Source: Paludibacteraceae bacterium | GTDB taxonomy: Bacteria > Bacteroidota > Bacteroidia > Bacteroidales > Paludibacteraceae | Assembly (NCBI GenBank): GCA_047974405.1 | Contig: JBKECI010000072.1 | Location: 35,862-99,861 of the forward strand | DNA: 64,000 nt | Direction of reading: 5' to 3' | Part shown: positions 51,209-63,133 of the stretch, piece after piece | How positions within the stretch are numbered: position 1 is the first letter of the stretch | Layout of the letters: each line of letters opens with the position of its first letter | Notes under the pieces: generated by a model | The model's database searches: none | What the model was told of the DNA's origin: nothing | The model's input: only the letters and a program-made list of their open reading frames with translations | Position numbers and translations under genes: made by a program

Positions 51209-53128
51209 CTACTTTTTTTTGTTTCTTTGTTGTAACGCTTTTTGTTGTTCACGTTGCATTTTTTCCAGCCTTTCCATAAATCCACTTTTTTTCTTGGGGT
51301 TTTTAGTATTGCGTTTGGAATGAAGTTCTGCCAATATTTTGTCCTCATCAACCGTGGCGCGAATGGCGTAGGTTTGAATAATGGTAATCAGCGTGGACAG
51401 AAAGTAGTAGTAACTCAATCCCGATGCGTAATCATTAAAAATGAAGAAAAACATTACCGGCATCAAATACATCATCCACTTCATCATGCCTGCGCCGGGC
51501 TGGTCGGTAGCCTGAGGGGTAGTTGCCATATTCAGTTTGGTGGAGACAATGCTGGTAATGGTCATTAATACGGTAAACAGGCTCAAATGGGTTCCGATAA
51601 ACGGGATTGGCGTATTCCACGTGATGAATGAATCGTACGAGGAGAGGTCTTTTGCCCACAGAAAACTCTCTTGGCGAAGTTCGAACGAAGAGGGGAAGAA
51701 ATAGAACATGGCGAACAGGATGGGCATTTGCAACAGCATAGGGAGGCATCCGCTCATAGGACTTACACCGACTTTGGAGTAAAGATCCATAGTCGCTTTT
51801 TGCCGTTCCATAGGCTTGTCGGCAGCAATACGCGCGTTAATCTCATCTATTTCAGGTTTCAGCACACGCATTTTGGCACTCGACATATACGATTTGTAAG
51901 TAAGCGGAAATAGTACCATTTTAATAACAATGGTCATTAACAGTATGATGATACCGAAGTTGCCTACAAATAGACTGAATACGTTAAACATCGGGATAAT
52001 GGCAAAGCGGTTGATCCAACCAAAAATGCCCCATCCCAACGGGATGAGCGAGCGTAATTTGAGTTTTTGGTCGGAAGGTAGTGCTTTATCGTAAGCATTT
52101 AAAATCTTGTATTGATTGGGCCCGAAATACCAGCGAAATCCTGTTACGGTTTTACCTGTAATGTCAAAAGGCACCAACATATCGGCGCTATAGTATTTCA
52201 GGTAGGGATTGGTAGCTACTTTCTCAACTTCTGAAGTGAGGGAGGCAGAGTATATTTCCTTATCCGAAATTAATATTGTGCTGAAGAATTGATCCTTGTA
52301 GGCAATCCATTTCAGTTTATTTGATATGTTTTCGCTTGCATCTTTGGAGTTGTTTATTTTCTCGGCATCGTCCGACAAATATTTATAATGCAAAGCGGAG
52401 TATTGTTCTTCAAATTTGCGCCCTTTTTCTTGTTGGCGAATTTTTTGTTTCCATACCAGTTCCAGTGAATTGATTCCGGCAGGCATCACGGCATCCATAC
52501 CTGTTGCTTTCACGTCGTATTTTACCATAAAATCTTTTGCCGGAATGGTATAGATAAAATCGATATAAGCAGCGGGGTTGGTGGTTTTCAGTCTCAAAGT
52601 AAACGTTTTGTTTCCTTCTGTATCTTTGGTGGGTTCTCCAACAGGTTCAAAATACAAATCGGATGAATTGACTACCCTGTTGTTACTAGTCGAAAGTATG
52701 TAATTAAAAGTACTTTCTTCTTTATCAAACAGTACCAAAGGGAGCGAATCGTGTGTTTTATAGTCTTTCAGCTGTACAGAATAAATTCGTCCTCCTTTAT
52801 TTGCGAACCTGATTTTAAGATAGTCTGTTTCTACATCGTAATACTTTTCTTCTCCAAATGCAGCAGCGCTGAATGCACCAAACGCATCGGCTTTTTGTGC
52901 TGTCAGCGTTGAATCTTTATCGGCTGAGTTGATGTCGTTGTTTGCCTGTAGTAATTTTATACTGTCCAGTTTTGCTTGTTCTCCTGCTTGTCGCTGCTGT
53001 ATCCATGCTATGGAGTCGTTGTAGCGTTGCTTTTTTTCCAGTTCTTCTTCAGATGGCTTGTTTAACCAAGAGAAACCGATGACAATGGCTGCTATCAGAA
53101 CAAATCCTAATACCGTATTTTTATCCAT
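51209..53128 (-). CDS. yidC: Membrane protein insertase YidC (long periplasmic-domain form)
   Basis: N-terminal transmembrane helix, a large periplasmic domain and a C-terminal 5-TM insertase core (GWGIFGWINRFAIIP...); a K/R-rich C-terminal tail; 639 aa. Confidence 0.85.
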   Translation of the reverse strand: MDKNTVLGFVLIAAIVIGFSWLNKPSEEELEKKQRYNDSIAWIQQRQAGEQAKLDSIKLLQANNDINSADKDSTLTAQKADAFGAFSAAAFGEEKYYDVETDYLKIRFANKGGRIYSVQLKDYKTHDSLPLVLFDKEESTFNYILSTSNNRVVNSSDLYFEPVGEPTKDTEGNKTFTLRLKTTNPAAYIDFIYTIPAKDFMVKYDVKATGMDAVMPAGINSLELVWKQKIRQQEKGRKFEEQYSALHYKYLSDDAEKINNSKDASENISNKLKWIAYKDQFFSTILISDKEIYSASLTSEVEKVATNPYLKYYSADMLVPFDITGKTVTGFRWYFGPNQYKILNAYDKALPSDQKLKLRSLIPLGWGIFGWINRFAIIPMFNVFSLFVGNFGIIILLMTIVIKMVLFPLTYKSYMSSAKMRVLKPEIDEINARIAADKPMERQKATMDLYSKVGVSPMSGCLPMLLQMPILFAMFYFFPSSFELRQESFLWAKDLSSYDSFITWNTPIPFIGTHLSLFTVLMTITSIVSTKLNMATTPQATDQPGAGMMKWMMYLMPVMFFFIFNDYASGLSYYYFLSTLITIIQTYAIRATVDEDKILAELHSKRNTKNPKKKSGFMERLEKMQREQQKALQQRNKKK

Positions 53129-53226
53129 AATTTCTTAATATTTCTATTTATTGAATAATCTGATAATATTTTTTGCAAGGTGTTTGTGACACTATATTTC
53201 AGATTGTCTCTCTTTTTTGTTTTCAA

Positions 53227-54864
<1,638 letters not shown>

Positions 54865-55019
54865 TTATCAAATTTTAAGTCTGCAAAGTTCGGAAAAAAA
54901 AGTGAGATTAGAAAAAATATTTTTGCTTAATGAAAGAATCTACTTACTGTATGCAAGGGCTTTTACAGGAATGTCAATTGGATTTTAACCTCAAAGCGCA
55001 AAAAAAAACGGATAAGAGA

Positions 55020-56351
55020 CTACAATAAATTGCTTGCCAGCTCTGAAAGGTAGCTTCTCTCTCCCTTGAGGAGGTTGATGTGGGCAAAAACCTCTTGTCC
55101 ATGCATGCGGTCTATCATATATACCAAGCCGTTGGAGTGCATATCCAGATAAGGGGAGTCTATTTGTTGGATGTCGCCGGTAAATACGATTTTGGTTCCT
55201 TCTCCTGCTCGGGTAATGATGGTTTTTACTTCGTGTGGAGTAAGGTTTTGAGCCTCGTCCACAATAAAAAATGTTTCGCTCAAACTTCGCCCTCGTATAT
55301 ATGCCAATGCCTCAATAACGAGTTGGTTGCTTTTTTGCATCTCTTCTATTTGCTTCACCTCTTTGCCTTGGTACGAATAGTGGTGTTTGATGACGTTCAG
55401 ATTGTCAAACAGCGGTTGCATATAAGGAGCTATTTTTTGTTTTTCGTCGCCGGGCAAAAATCCCAAATCTTTGTTTGCCAAAGCTACTATGGGGCGCGCA
55501 AGCAATATTTGTTTGTAGCTTTCGCTTTTTTGGAGTGCCGCGGCCAGGGCGAGCAGTGTTTTTCCTGTTCCTGATTTTCCTGTCAAGGCTACCAGTGTTA
55601 CCTCGTCGTCGAGCAAAACATTCATTGCAAAAGTTTGCTCGGCGTTACGGGGTTCGATGCCGAAACTGCGGATTTTCTCAATTCGTTTTACATTTCCGGT
55701 TTGCGGAATGTAGCGCGCCAATACGCTCGAACGCGAACTTTTCAGCACAAAGCAATCTTGAGGCTCAATATCGCTATGAAAAGCAAATTCTTCGACCGGA
55801 ATCCCTTCTTGCGAATGATAGAGCCTGTCGATAATTTCGGGTGGAACATCGGTATATGTTTCGTTGTTTTTGTCGAAGATGTTGATGTTGGTAACCTTAT
55901 CGTTGATGTAATCTTCGGCAGGCAGTCCGAGTGATAATGCTTTCATCCGCAGGTTTATATCTTTGCTCACCAAAACTGTTTTCGGTTTCGATTTTTTGGT
56001 TCGCTGTGCAAGGGTGTATGCTATTGCCAAAATGCGATGGTCGATACTTTTTTCTGAAAATGATTTAGAAATAATATCAGGATAGTCGTATTCGGCTACA
56101 ATAAAGAGTTTTCCTTTTCCATCGCCCAGTGACGCTCCTTTGGTAAACAAATCTTCGTCTGCAATCAAGTCGAGTTCACGGGTAAACTCCCGGGCGTTGA
56201 AGTTTATTTGCTCGTTTCCTTTTTTGAAATGGTCCAACTCTTCCAATACCACTATCGGTATATAAACATCGTTTTCTTCGAAATTGTGTAAGCATTTGTA
56301 ATCGTGTAAAATAACATTGGTGTCCAATACAAAATTTTTCTTGTTGCCCAT
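55020..56351 (-). CDS. PhoH-family ATPase with N-terminal PIN domain (YlaK-like)
   Basis: The PIN region is FVLDTNVILHD...VVLEELD. The C-terminal PhoH P-loop is LTGKSGTGKT with FIVDEAQN; 443 aa. Confidence 0.8.
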   Translation of the reverse strand: MGNKKNFVLDTNVILHDYKCLHNFEENDVYIPIVVLEELDHFKKGNEQINFNAREFTRELDLIADEDLFTKGASLGDGKGKLFIVAEYDYPDIISKSFSEKSIDHRILAIAYTLAQRTKKSKPKTVLVSKDINLRMKALSLGLPAEDYINDKVTNINIFDKNNETYTDVPPEIIDRLYHSQEGIPVEEFAFHSDIEPQDCFVLKSSRSSVLARYIPQTGNVKRIEKIRSFGIEPRNAEQTFAMNVLLDDEVTLVALTGKSGTGKTLLALAAALQKSESYKQILLARPIVALANKDLGFLPGDEKQKIAPYMQPLFDNLNVIKHHYSYQGKEVKQIEEMQKSNQLVIEALAYIRGRSLSETFFIVDEAQNLTPHEVKTIITRAGEGTKIVFTGDIQQIDSPYLDMHSNGLVYMIDRMHGQEVFAHINLLKGERSYLSELASNLL

Positions 56352-56408
56352 AGGTCGGATGGTTTGTAATCATTATTTATTTTTTCGAATCGCACATGCT
56401 TAGGGTAT

Positions 56409-56550
56409 GCATAAAACTAACGATTTATATCACTTTTAACCTTAATTTTTGTTTTGTAAAATGCAAAGGTTCTGTCTGAATTATTAAAAAAGTCTTGTAT
56501 TTATATTTCTAAATTACCTTATAAAACGCACTTAATCAAATGTTTAATGG
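56409..56550 (+). repeat. Copy B of the ~140-nt intergenic element (see 47721-47860)
   Basis: Aligned by eye with copy A. It lies between the argG stop (56592, minus strand) and the phoH-PIN start (56351, minus strand). Confidence 0.5.
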
Positions 56551-56591
56551 TATATTGACAGCCCCTGCTTAGTTTCACAACATTGCCAATG

Positions 56592-57791
56592 TCATTGTTG
56601 GTTTTTATTTTGCACGTTGTGAAAAATTTTCATTTGGTTGCCGAGAATTTTTGTAAACCCTTTCACATCTTCGGCTGTCCAAGCTTTATTTACCTCTCCG
56701 TATTCGCCAAAATCGGTTTTCATCAGGTCGAACGGGCTTTCTACCCCTACCAATGTGTAGCTATACGGACGAAGAATAATGCTTACTGTGCCGGTAACGT
56801 TTTGTTGGGAGTTTTCGAGAAATTTCTCTATGTCGCGCATAACCGGCTCCAAATATTGTGCCTCATGAAGAAACATTCCGTACCAAGTACCCAACTGGTC
56901 TTTCCAATATTGCTGCCATTTGGTAAGGGTATGTTTTTCGAGCATTTTATGGGCATTTATTATTAATATGGGAGCTGCAGCCTCAAACCCTACACGCCCT
57001 TTGATGCCGATAATGGTATCGCCTATGTGCATATCTCTCCCGATACCGAACTTATTGGCAATGTCTTCCAGTTGATTGATTAAGTCTATTTTACTATCCG
57101 ATTTTTTGCCGTTTATAGCTGTAATTTCTCCTTTTTCGAATGAGACAGCTACCGTCTTTTCTTCGGTTTTTACAATTTGGCTCGGATAAGAGCTCTCAGG
57201 CAATGTAAGCTCCGATTTCAATGTCTCTTTACCCCCTATAGAAGTTCCCCAAAGCCCTTTGTTGATAGAATATTCCATTTTTTTGAAATCAGCATCAAAA
57301 CCGTTTTCTTTCAGATAGTTAATCTCATACTCCCTTGTGAGTGTCATATCTCTTGTCGGGGTCAAGATTTTGATTTCGGGAGCAAGTATTTCAAATGTCA
57401 GGTCGAAACGAACTTGGTCATTTCCGGCTCCGGTGCTTCCGTGCGCCACATAGCGCGCACCTATCTCTTTGGCGTAGTTGATAATGGCAATGGCTTGAAA
57501 AACACGCTCCGAACTTACCGAAATAGGATATGTGCCATTTCTGAGTACGTTGCCAAAAATCATATATTTGATACTCTTGTCGTAATATTCTTGAGTTACG
57601 TCCAAGGCAATATGCCTGACGGCTCCAAGTTTATATGCTTTTTCTTCGATTGTTTGCAAATCTTCAGGAGAAAAACCTCCCGTATTGGCTACTGCCGTAT
57701 AAACATCGTACCCTTTTTCTACCGATAAATGCTTGGCACAAAACGATGTATCTAATCCTCCACTAAATGCTAAAACTACTTTTTCTTTCAT
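56592..57791 (-). CDS. argG: Argininosuccinate synthase
   Basis: N-terminal PP-loop AFSGGLDTS and ArgG core motifs; 399 aa. Confidence 0.9.
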   Translation of the reverse strand: MKEKVVLAFSGGLDTSFCAKHLSVEKGYDVYTAVANTGGFSPEDLQTIEEKAYKLGAVRHIALDVTQEYYDKSIKYMIFGNVLRNGTYPISVSSERVFQAIAIINYAKEIGARYVAHGSTGAGNDQVRFDLTFEILAPEIKILTPTRDMTLTREYEINYLKENGFDADFKKMEYSINKGLWGTSIGGKETLKSELTLPESSYPSQIVKTEEKTVAVSFEKGEITAINGKKSDSKIDLINQLEDIANKFGIGRDMHIGDTIIGIKGRVGFEAAAPILIINAHKMLEKHTLTKWQQYWKDQLGTWYGMFLHEAQYLEPVMRDIEKFLENSQQNVTGTVSIILRPYSYTLVGVESPFDLMKTDFGEYGEVNKAWTAEDVKGFTKILGNQMKIFHNVQNKNQQ

Positions 57792-57845
57792 GATTCCTTT
57801 TGTTATTCCTTTTGTAAGAAATATGTTTTTTTTAATATAATACTG

Positions 57846-58547
57846 TTATAATAAATTAATCGTTATTTTGTCGGTCATCACATGTTCTTCTGTTTCTTTT
57901 TTCTTTTTATGAAGAATTACCTTCCCGACAGCTTTTACCACTTTTTTCATCGGATTACTGTCCGATTTTTCGTTTGATTTTTGATTTTCAGTCTCTTTTT
58001 TGCTCCATGCGGGGTCATATATCATACCTGTACACAAGCAATGCTTGCGATTAGTACGCAGGAGAATATCATAATTTATACAACTTTCACACCCTTTCCA
58101 AAAGGCGTCGTCATCGGTAAGTTCAGAGAATGTTACGGGGCGGTAGCCTAGTTCCGAATTGATTTTCATTACAGCCAAACCGGTAGTAAGTCCGAAAATT
58201 TTGGCGTCGGGATATCGCTCGCGGGAGAGTTGAAAGGCTCTTTGTTTAATTTTTTTTGCCAATCCGTTTCCTCTAAATTTTTCCACTACAATAAGTCCTG
58301 AATTTGCAACAAATTTTTTGTCACCCCAGGTCTCTATATAGCAAAATCCGGCAAAATCATCTCCGTGCAAAGCGATAATAGCTTTGCCTTCTCTCATCTT
58401 TTGTTCGATGTATTGAGGGGTTCGTCTTGCAATTCCCGTACCCCTTACTCTTGCGGCATCGGCAATGGTGTCGAGAATTGTTTCCACATATTGCAAGTGT
58501 TTTTCACTTGCCACTTGTACCACAATTGGGTTTTTGTCGTCATTCAT
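57846..58547 (-). CDS. GNAT family N-acetyltransferase encoded between argR and argG (candidate N-acylglutamate synthase), with Cys-rich and Lys-rich C-terminal extension
   Basis: GNAT acetyl-CoA binding region VVEKFRGNGLAKKI. The C-terminal extension contains CESC...CLCTG and a K-rich tail. Its operon position matches the Bacteroidota arg cluster. Confidence 0.6.
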   Translation of the reverse strand: MNDDKNPIVVQVASEKHLQYVETILDTIADAARVRGTGIARRTPQYIEQKMREGKAIIALHGDDFAGFCYIETWGDKKFVANSGLIVVEKFRGNGLAKKIKQRAFQLSRERYPDAKIFGLTTGLAVMKINSELGYRPVTFSELTDDDAFWKGCESCINYDILLRTNRKHCLCTGMIYDPAWSKKETENQKSNEKSDSNPMKKVVKAVGKVILHKKKKETEEHVMTDKITINLL

Positions 58548-58589
58548 CTTTTGCGAAACTCTTTGTTCTAAATCTTTTGTTCTTAAAAA

Positions 58590-59057
58590 TTATTTCTCTT
58601 GAAAAATAGTGTTTATCAACTGTATTATGTCTTCTCTTGAAATTCCGTCTCTCGGAATAAGCAAAATGGTGTCGTCTCCGGCAAGCGTTCCTATTACCGC
58701 GTCTGAGGCTCTGTTATCTATATCCCATGCCACGGCATTGGCATATCCGGGTTGGGTTTTTATCACTGCCAAATTGCCCGAAAACTCCATACTGTGAATA
58801 GCTATTGCTACTTTATTGCTTTTGCTCTTTAATACATTTAGGTTGGGGTTAATCGAAGAGGGTAATACATACTTATAGAGACCGTTTGAAAGCGGTGTCT
58901 TAGCAACTTTTAATGCCTTCAAATCTCTGGAAAGAGTTGCTTGTGTAACATCATATCCCCTGTCTTTCAATATGGCGAGTAACTCATCCTGACTACCAAT
59001 GATTTGACGGTGTAAAACCTCGGAGATTGCCCCTAGTCGTTGTCTTTTATTTTTCAT
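58590..59057 (-). CDS. argR: Arginine repressor
   Basis: N-terminal winged-helix region QDELLAILKDRGYDVTQATLSRDLKAL and a C-terminal arginine-binding domain (GTLAGDDTILLI); 155 aa. Confidence 0.85.
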   Translation of the reverse strand: MKNKRQRLGAISEVLHRQIIGSQDELLAILKDRGYDVTQATLSRDLKALKVAKTPLSNGLYKYVLPSSINPNLNVLKSKSNKVAIAIHSMEFSGNLAVIKTQPGYANAVAWDIDNRASDAVIGTLAGDDTILLIPRDGISREDIIQLINTIFQEK

Positions 59058-59418
59058 AATATGTATATTTATAACGAAACATCTGCAAAATTAGAATAAA
59101 AATGCATATCCCAAGCTGTTGTTGCATAAATAATCGAAAATATCTAGAAAAATAACATTTATTTACGTTTGGTTTTATCCGTTGATATTTATTTTTTAGT
59201 TGTCAAACAGCACTCGCACGCAAATATTTTCTTTCTTTTTTTTGGGGGGGAGGGAAGGGATGAACAATCAAATTTAAAAATAAAAAGCAATTTTAAAAAA
59301 CGATTTTCTTCAGAAAAAACATCTGTTCTTATTAATTCGTAAATCTATCGAACATTTTTATTACATTTTTGTTTGATATATCAAAAAATGATTCTATCTT
59401 TGCACACAATACAAAACA

Positions 59419-59490
59419 ATGATGAACAATAGCAGTTTACAAATTATCCTTCTCGGTATTATTCTTCTCTTACACGGTCAGAGAATGTGA
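59419..59490 (+). CDS. Leu/Ile-rich leader peptide (MMNNSSLQIILLGIILLLHGQRM) of the leu operon attenuator
   Basis: A 23-codon ORF with 7 Leu and 4 Ile, including the run LQIILLGIILLL, lies 210 nt upstream of leuA. Its 3' end (GAGAATGTGAG) is complementary to two downstream CTCACAT segments. Confidence 0.55.
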   Translation: MMNNSSLQIILLGIILLLHGQRM

Positions 59491-59527
59491 GCTTGGGATA
59501 TGTAAACAAACCGGATAAAATACAGAT

Positions 59528-59563
59528 AAACCTTTCTCACATATTGTCGAGAAAGGTTTTTTC
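59528..59563 (+). terminator. Attenuator terminator: perfect 11-bp stem AAACCTTTCTC/GAGAAAGGTTT + U-tract, between leader peptide and leuA
   Basis: Seen directly in the sequence: stem, 10-nt loop, then TTTTTTC. The 5' arm overlaps an alternative pairing partner (TCTCACAT) for the leader-peptide 3' end. Confidence 0.6.
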
Positions 59564-59702
59564 ATAAAAATACCTCTCACATTCTTGTAGCGGCAAAATG
59601 TTGAGAAATAATAAAAAACCTTTTTTAAAAAACTAAAAACACCGTTTCCCGTCGCGGTCCTCCCCCCTTTTTTTTGAGGAGAGAAGTCAGACAGATTTTA
59701 TT

Positions 59703-61196
59703 ATGGATAAACTTTTTATTTTTGACACTACGCTTCGCGATGGCGAGCAGGTCCCCGGATGCCAACTAAACACGGTTGAAAAAATTCAAGTAGCCAAAGC
59801 ACTAGAAGAACTTGGCGTGGATGTAATAGAAGCCGGATTTCCCATATCGAGTCCCGGAGACTTTCAATCGGTTGTGGAAATATCGAAAGCAGTTACCTGG
59901 CCCACAATATGCGCACTTACGCGCGGAGTACAAAAAGACATTGAAGTTGCAGCACAGGCGTTGGAATATGCCAAGCACAAACGCATCCATACAGGGATAG
60001 GCACTTCGGAATATCACATCAAGTACAAATTCAACTCCACTCCAGAAGAAATCCTTGAGCGTGCGATGGCAGCCACCAAGTATGCGAAAAAATATGTGGA
60101 AGATGTCGAATTTTATTGTGAAGATGCCGGGCGTACCGATAATATTTATCTGGCAAAAGTAGTGGAGGCCGTTATCAAAGCAGGAGCCACCGTAGTAAAT
60201 ATCCCCGATACCACAGGATATTGTCTCCCTTGGGAATATGGCGAAAAAATCAAATTCCTTTTCGAAAATGTCAAAGGTATCGACAAAGCAACCATCTCCA
60301 CCCATTGTCACAACGATTTGGGAATGGCAACAGCCAATACCATTGCCGGAGTACAAAACGGAGCACGCCAGGTAGAAGTAACCATCAATGGTATTGGCGA
60401 ACGTGCAGGGAACACCTCTCTGGAAGAGGTGGCCATGATATTGAAATGTCATAAAAACATGAATGTCGAAACACAAATAAATACCCGCAAGATATTCCCC
60501 ATTAGCCGAATGGTGTCCGGATTGATGAATATGCCGGTACAGCCCAACAAAGCAATTGTAGGACGAAATGCCTTTGCCCACTCTTCGGGAATCCACCAAG
60601 ATGGCGTGCTAAAAGGGCGTGAAACTTACGAAATAATGGATCCTAAAGATGTAGGAATTGACGAAAATTCCATTATTTTAACAGCCAGGAGCGGACGTGC
60701 CGCGCTGAAACATCGGTTGAGTGTACTTGGAGTTGAAATAAACAACGGGCAATTGGACGAAATATACCAGGAGTTTTTGAAACTTGCCGACCGTAAAAAA
60801 GATATTAACGACGACGACGTATTGATGCTGGCAGGCAAAGAGCGGAGCGAACACCAACGCATTAAGATAGATTATCTTCAAGTTACATCGGGCGTAGGGG
60901 TAAAACCGGTAGCAAGCATAGGCATCGTTATTGCCGGCGAAAAATTTGAAGCAGCCTCTTCGGGCAATGGACCGGTTGATGCCGCCATCAAAGCGTTAAA
61001 ACAAATTGTTCGCAGGGAAATGAACCTTCAAGAATTCACGATTCAAGCCATCAACCGCGGGAGCGACGATGTAGGAAAAGTACATATGCAAGTAGAGCAT
61101 AATGGAGTGATTTACTATGGATTTGGCGCCAATACAGATATAGTCGCGGCATCGTTGGAGGCATATGTAAACGCCATCAATAAATTTGTAAAATAA
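59703..61196 (+). CDS. leuA: 2-isopropylmalate synthase
   Basis: N-terminal [13 protein letters not shown] and the HxH metal site [12 protein letters not shown], plus a C-terminal LeuA dimerisation/regulatory domain; 497 aa. Confidence 0.9.
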   Translation: MDKLFIFDTTLRDGEQVPGCQLNTVEKIQVAKALEELGVDVIEAGFPISSPGDFQSVVEISKAVTWPTICALTRGVQKDIEVAAQALEYAKHKRIHTGIGTSEYHIKYKFNSTPEEILERAMAATKYAKKYVEDVEFYCEDAGRTDNIYLAKVVEAVIKAGATVVNIPDTTGYCLPWEYGEKIKFLFENVKGIDKATISTHCHNDLGMATANTIAGVQNGARQVEVTINGIGERAGNTSLEEVAMILKCHKNMNVETQINTRKIFPISRMVSGLMNMPVQPNKAIVGRNAFAHSSGIHQDGVLKGRETYEIMDPKDVGIDENSIILTARSGRAALKHRLSVLGVEINNGQLDEIYQEFLKLADRKKDINDDDVLMLAGKERSEHQRIKIDYLQVTSGVGVKPVASIGIVIAGEKFEAASSGNGPVDAAIKALKQIVRREMNLQEFTIQAINRGSDDVGKVHMQVEHNGVIYYGFGANTDIVAASLEAYVNAINKFVK

Positions 61197-61614
61197 AATA
61201 AAAAAAAGAAAAGAAGGAAAATATTGGCAGCCCCCTCTCACGACACCAATTGCAATATAGATTTAATTACCGAAAAGCTATGTGGCAAAAAAAAGACTTA
61301 TGTGCAGAACCGGTGAGAGTTTTACTATTGGACAACCTTATTATCCTTGAAGAAAAATTTTATTCTAATATCAGTCAAATAATTTGGGATGAGAATATAT
61401 GTGAAATTAGGCGACAGTGTATAGATTGAAACCGGAATATGTATGTTACTCCGAAGTGTATGGCGAGATAGAAACCAATGCCGTAACCAGTGCCAAAATC
61501 GCTAGTAAACAAATCCATTCTGATGAATGTTTTAGCTATTGGTAAATCATCCTTGTAGAATAATAAAAGAGATATAATACAAGCAGAAAAGAAATAAAAC
61601 AAATAATTCATCAT

Positions 61615-63030
61615 ATGATAAATAAAGCAACCAATGCGCAAAAAAGCGCTACTCTTTTTGACAAAATTTGGGATACGCACGTTGTCTCCACTATTGAAAA
61701 TGGACCGACTCAACTATATATCGATCGTCATTTTTGCCACGAAGTTACCAGTCCACAGGCATTTGAAGGGCTCCGTACCCGTGGACTGAAGGTCTTGCGC
61801 CCCGAAAAAACAACTATGACCGCCGACCACAACACGCCCACTATCGACCAAGATCAACCGGTAAAAGACCCCATTTCTCGTAACCAATTAGATACATTTG
61901 CCAAAAACGCAAATGAATTTGGAATGCCGCTTTTCTATCCTCTCGGACATAAAAAAAATGGAGTAGTTCACATCATTGGTCCCGAAAACGGTTTTACACA
62001 ACCCGGTATGACCATTGTATGTGGCGACAGCCACACCTCAACACACGGAGCGTTTGGAACCATTGCGTTTGGCATAGGCACAAGCGAGGTCGAAATGGTT
62101 TTGGCAACACAATGCATCCTGCAGTCTCGCCCCAAAACAATGCGTATTACCTTTAACGGAAAATTGAACAAAGGGGTAACATCCAAAGATCTGGCTCTTT
62201 TTATGATATCCAAATTAACCACTGGAGGGGCTACCGGCTATTTTGTAGAATACGCAGGCGAAGCCATTCGCGATATGAGCATGGAAGAGCGTATGACAGT
62301 ATGCAATCTCTCCATAGAAATGGGAGCTAGAGGGGGAATGATAGCGCCGGACGAAACTACCTTTGCCTATGTAAAGGGACGCGAATTTGCCCCGCAAGGA
62401 GAAGAATGGGATAAAAAACTGGCTTACTGGAAAACGTTGAAAAGTGATGAAAATGCTGTTTTTGATAAAGAACTGGTTTATGACGCCACCGAAATACAAC
62501 CAATGATTACCTATGGAACAAACCCCGGCATGGGGATGGGGATAGACAATTCGATACCCACATTAGAAGAAATTGACGAGGCAGGAAGAATTTCATTTCA
62601 AAAATCATTGGATTATATGGGATTCAAACCCGGAGAAAAACTGCTCGGAAAACCGATAGACTATGTGTTTTTAGGAAGCTGCACCAACGGTAGAATCGAA
62701 GATTTTCGGATATTTGCCAACTACGTGAAAGGAAAGAAAAAAGCCGACAACGTTGTAGTTTGGCTCGTACCGGGAAGTTGGATGGTCGAAAATCAGATTA
62801 GAGAAGAAGGGCTGTACAATATACTTACCGAAGCTGGTTTCAAGCTGCGCCAGCCGGGATGTTCGGCTTGTTTGGCAATGAACGACGATAAAGTTCCCGC
62901 AGGAAAATATGCCGTATCCACATCAAACCGAAATTTTGAAGGTCGTCAAGGACCGGGAGCACGCACCATTTTGGCAGGACCGCTTGTGGCGGCAGCAGCA
63001 GCGGTAACCGGAAAAATTACAAAACCGTAA
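61615..63030 (+). CDS. leuC: 3-isopropylmalate dehydratase large subunit
   Basis: [12 protein letters not shown] at the N-terminus and aconitase-family Cys ligand regions ([34 protein letters not shown]); 471 aa. Confidence 0.9.
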   Translation: MINKATNAQKSATLFDKIWDTHVVSTIENGPTQLYIDRHFCHEVTSPQAFEGLRTRGLKVLRPEKTTMTADHNTPTIDQDQPVKDPISRNQLDTFAKNANEFGMPLFYPLGHKKNGVVHIIGPENGFTQPGMTIVCGDSHTSTHGAFGTIAFGIGTSEVEMVLATQCILQSRPKTMRITFNGKLNKGVTSKDLALFMISKLTTGGATGYFVEYAGEAIRDMSMEERMTVCNLSIEMGARGGMIAPDETTFAYVKGREFAPQGEEWDKKLAYWKTLKSDENAVFDKELVYDATEIQPMITYGTNPGMGMGIDNSIPTLEEIDEAGRISFQKSLDYMGFKPGEKLLGKPIDYVFLGSCTNGRIEDFRIFANYVKGKKKADNVVVWLVPGSWMVENQIREEGLYNILTEAGFKLRQPGCSACLAMNDDKVPAGKYAVSTSNRNFEGRQGPGARTILAGPLVAAAAAVTGKITKP

Positions 63031-63133
63031 TAAAGCAGCAGACAGACATAGAAAGATTTGTAAAACACGATAATTTATAGAAAACACGACAAAGTAAAAC
63101 TTGACGATTTTCAAACTTACAAACGAGTAAACA

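Noticed and set aside
61375-61713. 112-aa hydrophobic minus-strand ORF in the leuA-leuC gap
   Set aside because: It overlaps the well-supported leuC start by ~100 nt and has no ribosome-binding or promoter context; treated as spurious, though the gap itself is flagged as a finding.
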